Below are positions 12,101-27,100 of a stretch of 64,000 nt of DNA, piece by piece; within the stretch, counting starts at the first letter, position 1, and each line of letters opens with the position of its first letter. This stretch comes from Podarcis filfolensis (Eukaryota). A program made the translations under genes and the position numbers. Where the stretch lies: assembly GCA_964270895.1 (NCBI GenBank), contig OZ185439.1. One strand, 5' to 3'. The notes below the pieces were generated by a model that saw nothing but the letters and a program-made list of their open reading frames with translations, had not been told where the DNA came from and made no database searches.

Positions 12101-15100
12101 ACCCCAACCTAATGACATTGATGCCCAACTTTTGACACATTTCAGAAATGTTGAGAAATATTTCAGCATTAAATTCAGTCCAATTTCGTAACTTACGTGA
12201 AGAATCCCTGCAACTTTTGATGTATAACCCCGGGGTCTTTCTTTATCTTTAAACCTGAAGGCTACAGCATTTAAATCCTAAAACAAGAAATAAAATTAAG
12301 TTATTCTGCAATGCCACTCTTCATATTGTAAACGATGGGTAAGAATGGTATTTTTAAACGATAATGGGAAATGAAGCTTGGACATAAATTTTATTTGTTT
12401 TTTGAAGTTAGCAATCAATTGAATAAATGCACTGTGGTTTAATGAATGCAGGCAAACATAAGAGAATAAGTGAAAACCGCTTTAAGTTATTACAAAGCAT
12501 TTAGGGCAAAGTAAACAATGTATGTAATAAACTGCATTCAAAAGCATTAGAAACTAATTGATTGCATTCAAGAACATTAGGAACTTAACTAAGCAGATTT
12601 AAAGAAAATGGAAGTTATAATAATTTTAATCTTCTATAAGATGAATTTTTGTTTATAAAGCTATGGATTATTAAATATAGCATCATTTTAGGTAGGTCAT
12701 GTGTTTGTTCATAAGTTCATAAATTAATTTTAAAAACAAGAAAATTTAACAGATGCAATCTATTTCTAATTAAGGTATCTAAAATAAGAGAAGATCCGGT
12801 GTGAATCTCTAAAACTACTTGAAAGAAAACCTCAAATATATTGCAATTATCATACCTTACATTCTTGGAAAACCCACTCTTGAGGTCCTTCTGTACGTAG
12901 TTTTTGTATATACTGAAACATGTGCAAGATAATATCCTCCACGTGTACTTTCAAGAAAAAGATAAAATATTGCATGCATAAGCAATTTCTCAGGGAAACA
13001 CAAAGTGAACATTTTTAGTTTTCTTAGGGCCAAGACTAGACATGACACAAGAGATCTGCAATTAGAATCTCCTGTGTGCATGTACAAGGCTTTTAAAAAA
13101 CGAATCAGCAGCCCCATGCATGCACTTTGAAGACGGGGATGTTTGAAACCCTTTTCTCCGATGCCCTTCCCCGATCTATTTGCTCCAGTGGGTGAGCCAT
13201 TTAGGGCTGCTATTCTATCCCCACTTAACTGAGAGTAAGCCCCATTGAATTCAGCAGGACTTACTGCTGAGCAGATATGGTTGGGACTGCATTGCTGACC
13301 ATCAATCTTCCAGTTCAGCCCTTATACTTAAAACTAGCAGCTCAGTCTGACAGAGGCTAAACTAATACAAAGTTGTACAAACCGAATGTATGCAGTATTC
13401 ACACATCTATTTGACTAATGTAAAAGTATATAGAGTATCAAGCAAACAACATGCACATGATACCTTTAGATATACAAATAATTTCCAGAGAGATAAACTT
13501 GCTGATCAGTTATGATCTTAACAGAGGCCCAATTTGCACGTAACACAAAACCAAACCATGGCTCATTGTGAGCAACCAAAGATAGAAGATTGTGGCCACT
13601 TCGCTCCTCCTCTGATCCTGCTGCTGCTATGCTGCTGTGACCTTAGCATTATGTCCAAACATAATGGCTGAGCTTTATGTCTGAATCCAGGTTCATGTTT
13701 TATTTTCCCTGCACAAACTACGAGTGGCAAAACCATAGAACAAACCTTGCCCCCAGCTCATGGCTTGTTTTCAGCAAAATAAAGCATAAGCCCAGGATCA
13801 GATGTAATGCTAAGGCAAACCATGTAGTAGGAGTAGCACTAGAGGAAAAGAAAGCAGTCACTATCTTATCTCTGAGAACCCACATTTGCTTCCTTGTGGC
13901 AAGCCATAATTTGGCTTAGTTTTATATACAATTAGGAATCCTCCAACTAGCTTCCTGATAATTTCAATAGAATTAGATGGGCTAAGAACTTTCCTCATAT
14001 TTGGGTGAACACTAGCAGTATTCAGATGCAGGAAAACAATTTTTAAATCTGTAGAATTAAGAATGAGCACATAGATCATTTGTTCAACCCTCTAAAAAAA
14101 ACCACCTACAATCTTAAAATTACAAATGTTTGGCAGTGAGGTTGTTCTTATCTCTACATTTTTGCATGTGATGGGGAAGTTAGTTTGAAGCCAATTCATT
14201 TGTCCCTGACCCAGCTATTATCTGATGGATTTCCATCAGATTATTTCTCACTCTGGGAGATGTAAAAAAAGTCTACTTAGAGTAGCCCACTTAGATCAAT
14301 GTGCTCCAAATCCAAACTCCACAGAATAAAAGAAGGGATCCACTTACAAAGTCCTTCTTCTGTGAGGTCAACATTTATGATGAAAAACATGAAACCTCTA
14401 GCACCTTCTTTTTGTCCTCCAACCAGGGTATTTACCCAGCCTGTGAAATAGAATATATTTAAAACTCACACACAATAGTTTATTTTTTATTAGTTATGTT
14501 GTTCATGTACACAAACAAAATTAGAAGGTACAGTGGTACATCGGGTTAAGAAATTAACTCATTCTGGAGGTCCGTTCTTAACCTGAAACTGTTCTTAACC
14601 TGAGGTACCACTTTAGCTAATGGGGCCTCCTGCTTCTGCCACGGCGCCATTTCTGTTCTCATCCTGAAGCAAAGTTCTTAACCTGAGGTACTATTTCTGG
14701 GTTAGCGGAGTCTGTAACCTGAAGCATATGTAACCCGAGGTACCACTGTATATGTCTTTGGTTAACATCTATGAAATTAAATAAATACTATGAAAGAACC
14801 AAATGACAGAAAGACATTGCATGCAGACAAAATCTAAGTGCATTGGGGGCAATCCTTTGTAAAGATCTTCTGCAATGAGCAGTTTAGAATTCAGCAGATT
14901 CCCAATGCAGCTAGGCTACGTCAGTCCAAGTCCCCATCCCCAGCTCAGTTGGCAATATGCCTGTGCCCCCTTGCCACTCCTGGTGGAGCTGGAGTTGAAG
15001 CTGGTGCAGGCCCCCAAACGGGGCATTTTGAGAGCAAGGGGGACATATGCTACACATTGGTAAACATGTCCTGAGCATCACAAACAGTCATCCTGTTGAT

Positions 15101-18100
15101 GGAATACTGGCGAGAGGGGATATACTGCATACAAATGAGATCCCTTATAATCTTTCATATAAGAAGTACTGAGCCATTGATAGGAAAAACCAAAAAGAGC
15201 ATCAGTAATATAATGCGGGATTGATTGAAATATTACAACTGCAACTTGGATTTTGTTTACTTCACTCCTACTTTTCAGGGGCTGAGCTGTAGGGAAGCAA
15301 TTGCCCCAAGGTTTCAATGTCAACTCACTGCACACCTTACCTTTAGCTTTGAGTTCTGATAGAAGACTTCCTGGACCTTCATGACCAATAAGATGGCCAA
15401 GATAATGGCCAGGGTTTGATTTATAGTACTTCTGAAGATCTGGTATTGGAAACGTGACGTAAAGATTTCTAATGTCTTTGATAGGTACCACTTGGTAAAG
15501 TTGCTGTGAAACAAACAAAAAAGCAAAATAAATCAGATTTAAACTGAACCCAGTATTTTGCCTTTACAAGGCTACTTTTCTTCTCAAATCCACCACCCAC
15601 AGTTCATTACACATATGCCCATTTCATGCTTAGGCCATAACATAAAATTAATATTGCTCAACTGCATTTTCTAGCAGAACAATTAGTGAAGTTTCAGGAA
15701 GGGACCGATTACACCTACACCCACACCTTTTCCAGCCAACATACATTTGTCTTGCTGTACAAGTAATTCTGATGTGCTATGACGCTACTCAACTTATCAC
15801 AGTAGTTTTCTGGTCTTGCTTAAAAACACAACATGAAACTTATTTTAAAAGAAGTCACAATGCAATAAACCCACCCTGAGATGTTCTTCCTGGAAAGGAT
15901 GTTCAGGGAATTCTGGTAATGGAACGTTTTTGTTCTCTACTTCAGAGAATAGCTTCACTACCAAACTTGTTAGCTCATCTAAAGATTCTGTATGCATATA
16001 TTTGGGAGGAAAAGAAAGTTACACATGGTCAAAAGTTTCACAGATGTTATCCTTGATTGCTCCTTTTAGAGAAAGCCTTGATAAGCACAGTCTTAAGAAA
16101 AGTCAGTATCTAAAATCTGAATGCATTTTACACATTCTTCAATATAAAAATTCTGTGCCCAGAATAAAACCTGTCTATGTACTGTTGATGCAGCACAATG
16201 TATTCTGTGTACAATAAGTATCTTCCTAAGGAATTAAAACTGTGGAGTCTAGACTGGGAGGCAGAAAGCAGTGAGACTAAGAAAGATACGGAGATTGGAG
16301 CATGCTAGGAAATGCATGTCACTGAAGCCTGCCCTCCATGTTCTGAGTTCTGGAACATCACTGCATGTTTATATTTTAAGATTCATCTATAAGAAAATAC
16401 TAGGGCTAGAAACATATACATTATATAAAAACAGACATTTTCAGAATGACAAATTCTGCAGCAGACACACAATCTTTTTCTTCTACTACAAATCTGCAGA
16501 GTACATACATCCCTTCCTATAATTTTTTTTTTAAGTCATCCTACAAATTAATAAGCGAAGATATTAGAAATGCTACAGATTTAAGGTAGACCTGTGGTTT
16601 AGGATTTGGAGAGTGGTTGCATTCTTTACACCCACACAGAGTTAAGTTCCAGTGCTAATCCATTGTAAATTGATTATATATTAAAAGTAGCTCCCAAAAA
16701 GTTTGGCATTCTTACCTCGTCCTAGAACACAAACAGCCATTAAATTTGATGAATAATAAGTGGAGTGAAACTTCAATAACTCTTGTCTTACATCTATTCC
16801 TTCTTGGTTTGGTCTAGTTTCCAAAGTGAATTTGCTTCCTACAGTACATAAATAAAAAGAAGGATGTGTTACAATAAGAGCCATGACTGGGTAAATGTGC
16901 TCAGTTCTGTAAAAACTGTTAATCCCTGCAATCACAAGAGGCAACACTGCACATATCCCTCAAACAGACTACAGCATCTGGATTGTTTTATAGTACTACT
17001 ACATTTATACTCTTCATTTCCTCCAATGAGCTCAGGTAGCATACATGGTTCTCCGCACCCCCTCACTTTATTCTCATAACAAATGATGGGCATTGTGCAT
17101 GCAGATCCTATTTATATTTCTATCACATGATGGTACTTCTATCGAGTGCAAGATGTTTATTGGATTTCCTGCTTTCATGATTTCAGCAAGACCATTTGTG
17201 GCTCAGCTTGAATAGCTTGGAGTTAGGAGAATTGAAATCTGGAATTGTGTTCTCAAGGGATTGCTTCCACAAATCCTTTTTCTAAACTTTTATTTACGCA
17301 ATTTTAACAGCTTTTATACACACATCGTACAGTATCCATCACTTATCTCTTTTCCTAAGACTTCCCAATCCATCTCTCTGTGACATTGTAGGGAAATCTT
17401 GATCTACTGCATATCCTGATATTTCACCATTATCATTTCAAGTCTTCCTGTTTTGATGTTATCTGCTGCTCATATGTCAACTCCTACTTGTAGATTAAAC
17501 TGTATATTTTACCCTCTAAAATAATCTCCAAAACACCTCCACTCTTATCTTTATCTCATCCTTATTCCTTAGTTTCACAGTCATGGTTACTAATGCTATG
17601 TATTCTATCAATCTGTTTTGCCAAATTTCCATCGTGGGTATCTCCTCTTCTTTCCGTTTTTTCCATATACTGTTCTAGCTGCAGCGGTTGTGTACAGAAA
17701 AATACTGAGTGCCTTTTTGGGAATTGGAATATCATCACCTATTATCCCTAATAGAAAGGCCCCTGTCCTTTTGAGAAACGTGAGTTTTAGAATCTTATTT
17801 AATTCTGTGTGGATCATTTCCCAATACTCTCCAGCATATTTACATGACCACCACATATGGATCAGGGTTCCCTCCATCTTGTGGCACCTCCAGAATAAAT
17901 TAGACCCTTTTTTATACATTTTCACTAATTTGCTGGGTTTTGCTTAATAAGATAACAGGCAAATCCTATTCTGATATTCATAATATAAAGGTTGTGTAGA
18001 GCAGAAATACAGGTATGTTAATCATACAATTAGTGTTGTGCCTAACAACAAATGCAGTGTATATCCTCATAGTTCATGGACATGTTCAGGCCAGCGTCAG

Positions 18101-21100
18101 ATATAGTGTTATTGAGTCAACAAAGCATGGTTTGTTGGAGTAGAAATGAGCAGTTAGCTCAAGTGCTTCCTCCTCCCACCCTTGGCCTTAGATAAGACTT
18201 TCGGGATAATTAAAACAGTTTCCCCACGATACCTGACTTAGGAAACTGTGGTTTAAGTCAGGGTGGATGTCACTCACTTGACATCATGTGGCAACTTCAA
18301 ATGGGCTGCCTGCCAGTGTCTATCTCCCAGTTCTTATTAATCAATAATAACTTTCTAAATTACTTCACTTTTTTTGGCAGTGAAAAAGGAAAATCAAGAC
18401 TAGAGTTTCTAATTTCCAGTAAGCTGACTAACATTGCTGCTATGCAAAATAAAGCTAAAACACAGCATTCTGGGTTGATGAAATGTAGTTATGAAAACAA
18501 GCTTAATGCAAGAAATCATAAAATAAGTGAGGTGAAGATAATGTTCTAAAAATAATGAGAACAGGGATTTAAAGAATGATCAGCTCAATTCACAAATAGT
18601 AGTAATGAATATAGACAAGCACGAATACGAAAAACCTTTCAAGATACATAAACAAATGGTCTTATTCAATTTATGATGAATGCACAGTAGTTCAGGTCTC
18701 CGTACACTTTCATTGTGAATTGCCACCCTTACAGAATAATTCAACATTGCACTTTCCTGATTGCTTGCCAGACAGAATGATCCCCCCTTTCTTCCCCTCC
18801 CCATGCCCTGTTATCCTGACCCTCCAGAGCAGATTTGGGGGTTGTGGAGGGGGAGGAAAGCCCTGTTGTACTAATTGGAGTCCTTGCACTGGCTTCCGCT
18901 AGCACACTAGGTTAGTGGAATCTGACTCAACATCTGCACTTCACATGGCAGAGCATCTGGTGCTGTTATACCTCTTTAAGCTTCTGTTTTCTTTTTTTTT
19001 ATTTTAAAGACTGCAACTACATTTGAAAATAAGAGTTTTTGAAATCATGTTTAAGACAAAAAGTGACCATTATCAGAAAGGGATCTTGCTACCACCATTT
19101 TAAACCTAATACGTTCACCAGAGGTAATACCGCTGCAGTAAAAACGGACAGAATAAAACCATAGGAGTGAGAGCTTGCATGCTGCTCTCACTAAACCAGA
19201 CAAACCCACAGCTATCAGAGATTCAAAGCAAATTTCAATCAGAAGGGCGGATGATCTATGCTGAAAAAGGGACAGGGGAAGTGAAACCCACTGATTCATC
19301 TGGACTTTACTGTGGCATCAACCACAATATCTTTCTGGAAAATTTCTCAGGAATTGCTTTGTTTTCTGGTTTAAGAAGCAGTGCTGGGAGAGGTTTCTTC
19401 CACCAGTACAGCTATATAATACTCTTTCCACACTTATAAAGAAATATTTCTTCTAGTGTGGCAGCACTCACACTTTGAAACTCTCTACCTATGTACTCTT
19501 TTATGACCTGCTTAAAACATTTTTGTTTACGCAAGTCCATCCATGTAGATGTTGACATGCTTTAATCTCCCTTCAGTCTACTGTTAATTTTAATTATCCT
19601 TTAAATGTTTTAAATTACAGTATTTATTCTTAAACTGCTTTTTATTGGTAATTTTAATACTTCTTGTAAACCACTTATAGGCTTTGTAATTATCAACTGG
19701 TATATAAATTCTGTTAAATAAATGTGACACATTCTCAGTTGCTTTTAAAGGTGAATCAAATGCAGTAAACCACCATGTGTAAAGGCTACATCATCAAATA
19801 ATTTCCACACAACATGTTTTTATTTTAACACATTCTTTAAAAAAAATTAGATTTTCCATCATACAATTTAAGAGAAAAAGAGAAAAAAATACATAACAGA
19901 AAAGAAACATTAAATCATTATACATTAAATCATTATACAATATCCAAAGAAGAAGAAGAAGAAAAAGAACATAAACAAAATAAAATGAACCCACCACCCT
20001 GTTTAACTTCCCTCCACCACTACTCGTCTTCTCTAGAATCAATTTAACCCTTATCATTACATTCTGGTTGTTTTTATTTTCTCTATATACATACATATGT
20101 CACTGATAATTTATTGTTTTGATGCATTTACATTCTTAGTCTAAGCATATTAGCATGTCTTTTTTGGAGCAGTATTTTGCCATATAGTCATCAAAGCATT
20201 GCCATTCATTTTTCAGTTTTTTATTTGACTGCTGTCGTATGGATGCTGTTAGTTTAGCCAATTTTAAATAGTCATTTAATTTGAGAATACCTTCCTCCTT
20301 GGTAGGTAATTCTTTAGCTTTCCATTTAGGTGCTATTACTATTCTAGCTGCGGTGGTCACATATAATAATTCTTTTTTTCGATTTCAGTATTTCTTTCCC
20401 TAATAGGCCCAGTAGGTAAGCCTCTGGTTTTTTCATTAGTGGGATTTTAAGCATTTTTTACAACTCCTCATGTATTTCTTCCCAGAAGTACTTAATTGGG
20501 GTGCAGCTCTGACTTTAATCTCATATGCGAGGTAGGCGTGCTATCCATACCTGTTGTTAAAGCCCTCCAGGTCTAATAAATCTGCTTTTTCCAAAGTGAT
20601 CCATTCTTTCAGCCATACAAGGCATTCTGATTCATAATATAATTTTTCCAATATAAAATAATGCCTTGCACAGATTAAAGGGACTCCCCAATCGAAAGCA
20701 GATCGTGTGCAAATGTAATGGAAGATTAAATACCTGTTCCAAATTTACTGAAGGGGTGATTGGGATTTCCAGTAGCCTTTTCCAGCTGAAATAGTCTCCA
20801 AGCATCATTCATTAAATTCTTCTCATGCTCAGAATCAACAGCATTCACTTCTCTGTCTTTGCAGCTTTCATCAAACAGAGGGCACAAGAAAAACTGAGCA
20901 AACCTGCAAGAAAAAAAGTCAGATTTCCCAAATCAATGTTTCAACAATTACATTTTATTTAATTAAAAATTTTGTTCACCTGGAGCCACTCTGTTGCTAG
21001 GTAGTCTCATCACCAAGTGGATGTTCTAATCTAGTGCAATTTACTATAATGACCTTTTCAGCAAACAGGACACAATCTATGAGCAAGATACCATCAGCTG

Positions 21101-24100
21101 CCTTTTTGCTATCTCAGATCTGCTTCTTCTTGCTGTTGTCTTATGAACTAGCCACTGAAAGTTTCCTTAGCAGAGACCTGCTGTGTATCTGTGAAAAAAG
21201 AGCTATTGGGACCTGCTCTACACAGATGTACTGAGGACCCTTCCAAAATCACCAAAGCTAATGTTACTAAGCCTCTCCTTGGCCCTCAACATGAACCAAA
21301 GAACTTTTTTTAAAAAAAAGTAAAAGGACACAGACCATGACATGAGTGAGGGCTGTGCAACCTGTTAATTACTTTGTCTTGGGGGGGGGGGGATCATGCT
21401 AAATTCCCTGGGAGTAAGCCCCACCAAATTCAACTTACTTCTGAGTAGACATACCAGAGATTGCACTGTTGTTTTGCAAACTCTGAAGTAAAATCAAATA
21501 TACAGTGTGCAGCAGTAGCTTGAATATCCCTATTTTCACCAAATATAAAATTCCACAGAGAGAAGAGCCTTTGAGAGTCAGCTGATAAATATGCAACATA
21601 TGCTGAGAGTGTAAGCAGAATATATTTATAGAACAAACATATGTGAGGTTCCTATGCAACACTTTCATGGCTATGTAAGGTAACAGCAAAATGCTAAACC
21701 ATATGAAGTTGTTAAGACACTCGCCATACTGTTGATGAGTCTCTCCTCACTAAAAACCTATTTTGATATACCACCGCAAGGGCTCACTCCATATGTTTTC
21801 TTTTATCACTGTTATTCCCAAGATGTTAAAAGTATTTCAGTAATTTAGTCTTTACAATTGTATTAAAGTCATTATTATGAAAAAGCAGAAGTAATAAATA
21901 CACTAAATAATAATGGTAGGACTCTCATGTTAATTGTGCTTGCTGGAAAGACAAAACCAAACCAATATATTTAATCATTAATAGATATGCTCACCTGTCC
22001 AGGGCACCTTCCAAGTGTTCATGTGATACATCAAAATAAAAGTTGGTGTGTTCTCCACTGGTAAAAGCATTTGAACTTCCTGCGTGTTCACTGAGAAATT
22101 GGCTGTACTCATTTTCTTTTGGGTATTTCTCAGTTCCCAAAAAAAGCATATGTTCACAAAAATGGCTTAACCCAGCAATGTTAGGGGGATCAGATAATGA
22201 CCCTATGAATAGGAGAAATGGGCAGAAATAGAGTCTTACTTTAAAAGCTGATACACAAATTCAGTATAAAGCAATCAAATCATCCAGAACAATCAACATT
22301 TTAACAGTTTTCTCTGGGTCGGAGAAATCATCTTACTGATTATGACTGCAAATATTTAGGAAATTATATAGCTTCATTTCCCTTTGCAAAAAAGCTAGGC
22401 TGGAATGCACCTGCTAGTATACAGCTGCTTCATACTAACTATAGAGAAGCTATAGGAAAGGTGTTAGCTGGAAATCAGAGGCAAGTGGTTTATGTGAGCA
22501 CCCGAAGCACTTCAAACTACAAAGAAAAGATATCTGATAAAGCAGGACATACATATGTAACCATTTTGGTTTTTAATCATAACATCTAGGTAACAACCAT
22601 GTTCTAATTTCATGTTTGCTTAACATGCAAATACATCATTTTCAGGCCTACTATCTGACTTCTCAAACATATTACACAAGGAATAATTTTCATATGACAT
22701 GCCATATGCCATTAATTTATACCAGGAAATTAAACTATTTTGATTCCCCAGCAGACACACTGGGAGCTTAAGCGCAGGAGGATATGGAGCATATAAATTG
22801 AGTTCTTCTATCATTCATCCTTGAAAAACTTAGACCTGCTTTAGAACAAGTAATTTATACAGCCAGTTTTATGACAAACCTAACTTCTGAGGCTAATCTG
22901 GCTAAGGCTACAATCCTACTTCCATTTACCTGGGAGAAAGCTGCACTGAATTCAACAGGACTTACTTCTGAGTAGAAATGGATAGCCAGCGCTGTAAGAC
23001 TGCAAACCTATACACATCTTCCTGGGAGTTCAATGGGGTTTTGTGCACTTCCAAATAATGTCAACTTCCAAGTAAGCAAAACTAGGATTGCAGCCTCAGT
23101 ATAGTATGTAGAAGGTTGTAAACCATTTTTTTGGAAAGTTATCACATTTGAATTAGATTACAGTGCAAAACCAAGTTACAGTATATTATATATGATCATA
23201 TACCTATGTGTACATCAAGTGCAGCTGAAGACTTGTCTGTAGTGGGGTCACTGATAAGCATTGCCTTGATGCCATTTGCCAGTTCTAGCCCACGATACTC
23301 TCGTTTATCTTCTGGTGATTTGATAATTTCATTTGCTATTCTTTTAATAGCAAGATGACTCATTTTGTTGTGTGTTGCTTGCTGAAGCCTAAAAAAAAAG
23401 CAGTAAAAGTTAAAGCCATATCTCAGTTCAAATAGCCTAAGAAAGAAAAGGGGGAGACGCATCTGCAACTGAAGAACACTCAACTCTAGAAGGTCCAGAT
23501 CAAAAACTTATTGTCCACAGTGCAACACTGTAAGGCGTACTTAAGTTCACTGAAATCAATAGACTAAAGCTATATTACTTCCTTCAAATGTAGAACAGCT
23601 CTGAGTGCTTTCAATAACAAGTTGGCCTAATAATAGTCACAGTGAATCCAGTTTATTAATATCTATTTTATAATATTTCAAAGCCTGTACTTTATTTCCT
23701 TTTTATCTATAACAATATAGTTGCTGTCAGCCTTCACTAATTGATAATATTGGCTATATATTGAAAAAAAGTGCAATGCAAAATCAACATATGCTTGTCG
23801 AAATAAAAGCATTATTTCAGTTATGATGAAAGCCTAGTTTATAACATCATTTTCATCTGCCAAGAGTAGATTTAATGAGTAGCTCTTTAAATCCATGATG
23901 AATTGCTTTACAATGAATATAGAATGCTAGAGAGCCAAAATGAACTGACCAAGCAGGTTCAAAATGTCACAACCATACTCCCAATGACAAGCCAAAAACA
24001 GTTTACTTCAATGTCTGTGATTCTGTGAATTAATTCAAGCCCACATGAAAGGTGAAGTCATTCATGCTGGGCTATTTACCTGACTACACCCTTATTCGGA

Positions 24101-27100
24101 ACTGAATAAATATAATTGCATTTCCTGTATTTGTTCATGCTACATACACCCTATTCCTGACCTGTCATTGATCTAGCTAGAAAATAGGAAGAAAAGAAGC
24201 ATAGAAAAATAAGAAAATCATCCCTGCACATATTCCAGGTACCAGGCATCATTGCAAGAGCTTGTTCTGTCATGCCTTTGCATACAGTCTCCTGTTTCTT
24301 GGCTTTCATGCAAAGCATATAAATATATATTTAAAATATATGCCTAAAAGGAACAGCATGCCTTCTGCAACCTGCCAAATAAAAATGCATTTGTGCTGTA
24401 ATTCTATCCACACTTACCCAAGAGCAAGCCAAACTGAAAACTATGAGACTTATTTCTGAGTAGAAAGACACAAGATCAGCCTGTTAACAAGGTCTCTTTT
24501 CAGTTCCTAGATCATTCTCGCCTCTTTCACCCAAGTATCTTGTACTCTGCAAACTAAAGTGCTGAATGATTTGTTCCCAGTGTCTCCTGGCAATTACACC
24601 ACCAGACTGAAACACTGAAGACAAATACAAAGTGTATTAGCTATTTGGAGCAGAACAGCATCACATTACGATTGTTCTAAATAATTCATTTGATAAAACT
24701 ACAAAGCTATTCCATCATTACTGTTACTGCCACAAAAGTAAAGAAACTTCAAAAGGAAAAATAACAGCATAGAATTTTGGGAGCAGTGCTATTTACTTTT
24801 TTTTAAAAAGGTAACAGAAGAATGAAAAATTAAGGCTTAGAGGAAGGCGAAATAAGTACTAAAGAATAGTGTGTTTAAGAACTATTACGTATCTAGGCCA
24901 AAATCAGACCACGTATTTAAAGACTACGTTCAGCCATCACAATTGCACACCTCAAATAGTTAGCAAGGTCTACGAAAAGCATTTTGGGTTCCACACAGTC
25001 AATTATCATGCAACTGTGCAAAGGACATCCATCCATATGGAACAGTGGATATTTTTAAACATTTTAATAGAGAAACGTAAATAAAAATAAATAAACTTAC
25101 TTGCATAAATATTTTTATGTTCTCCAATCAATCTCCTACTGACCATGGGTTAAACCACATAGTAAAATTCCACTGTCTACTGACACTATCAAAGTCCATA
25201 GCCCTCACTTATATGCTAAACATTTTACATTGATGTTTTATGCAAACCAGTTTGATCTCAGCTACAACACACTGCATTTCTAAAATCAAGGTGTTCATCT
25301 TGTTCCGATGAACATCCCTCATTGAGAACTGTGCTAACAGCAGATGTCAACAAGACAAACAAAAGAAAAAATAGTCAAAAGATACCATGCCAAAGAGCAG
25401 AGGTTGCAGACAGGCACAATTAAGAATCAAACTGAGGGGTCAGGCAGCTGTAGAAGTGAAAGCCTGTAATAGCAACAACTGCTCCAGTAACAGAGGATTA
25501 GGATAAATTAATAAGAAATAATAGTTAAAAAGTAGGGGTGTAGTGGGGTTTAAAAGAACAGAAGGAAATAGAGCCAATATGATACACAGATGTCATATTT
25601 GAGAGCTGCATAGGTATTCAGTGCAGACAGCAGTGGGACTCTGTGGAGCTTATGTTGGGATTCAGGTTCCGGTTGGGAGTTCAACAGTGTGCCAGCTGCC
25701 CAGCTGATTTCCTAGCTTAGATTGTGGACATGATCTGAGACCTAGTATTGGAGTGATCAGTGGAGCATAAAAGGAACTGACTTGTGTACCACAAGCCTCA
25801 CTCTGCCACTAATGCTGTTTAACGTCTACATGAAACAGTTGGTAGATACCATCCAGGACTTTGAAGTGAGACATCATTCATATATTGATACCACCCAGTC
25901 CAGGAATCGCTTAGCTCTGAACCAGTGACTAGAATGTCACAGCCAAGTGTTGGGAGGAACCAATTGGGGAGCCACCAAGGGAAGAAGGCTCAGAGCCCAA
26001 AGAATGGTAGTGGGACAACGATGAGTAGTCAGAGGGAGAAGACTGGGAAGTTGAGATGCTGGAAGTTGAAGGGATAACAGGGCTCAGTGAGTTGGGAGAG
26101 TGTGGCAGAAAGAAGTCAAGAATCAGAGGCTGAAGCTGGAGAGTAGAAGAAGGGAAGTCAAAAGACAGAGATGAGTCAGGCTGGTGAAGAGTCATGGGTG
26201 TCTCCCTCTCCTGCTGCAACAAGTTCCCCCTCCCAACTCACAGAACCAAGAGAGGAATAAAATGGGCAAAGCAGACAGACTGCACACAGGCAAAGTCTCC
26301 AAATGCTTGCAAGAAGCCCTGGAGAGGAGGAGACTTAAGACAAGGAGTACTCAGCTAAATCTGTGAAGACTGATTCTCTAGCTGTGTGATTTGCTGGCTG
26401 GCTTGCTCTGTGACATAGAATGTGTGGATGTGGTCAGCCAAACTAATTGTATCCAGACAAGTCAGAAGTGATGTGAGTAAATAACCCTAAAGCTTTGGAG
26501 GGAGGTTATGCACATAATCATCTAAGGTTGTTTGGAGCCTAGGCATAGTCTTGGACAGAATCTGCAACTATTTAAATCAATGAGATCTCGCCCCACTGAC
26601 CCATGTTTTTATCACCTTGAAAATCAAGTAATGCAATGTGTACTACGTTCAGCTGCCCTCATAAATGACTCATGAGCTACAGCTAGTACAGAATATCACT
26701 GCTTACTTCCTGATGAACATGGAGGTGATTAACATATAATCAATTTTGCAGGAGCTCCACTAGTTTCCTGAGAACTTCTGAGCCTAATTCAATATCATGG
26801 TACTTACCTTTAAACCAAAGAAAGCTAACCTGTGACCCTATAGTTGTTTCTGGACTACAACTTCCATCATCCCCGACTATAGGTCATGTTGACTAGGGGG
26901 CGATGGGAGTTGGGAGACCAACATCATCTGGAAGGCCACAAGCTCCCTATCCCTGCTTTAAATCATGCACAGCCTGGACCCAGCATTCATCAATAGGGAC
27001 CACCTCTCTCTGTATTGAACCCTATTATGGTGTAAAGATAAAAGATCAAGTCCTGCTCTGTATTTCCTCAGGAAGTAAAATCAGCAGCTAAAAGCCAGTC

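Noticed and set aside
18669-18760. Box C/D snoRNA-like ATGATGA...CTGA
   Set aside because: On the strand opposite to the host gene and lacks a terminal stem.
25929-26222. Ser-rich 97-aa ORF and possible solo LTR around 25900-26510
   Set aside because: The ORF reflects purine-rich low complexity. The region looks LTR-like, but I could not define ends or a TSD.
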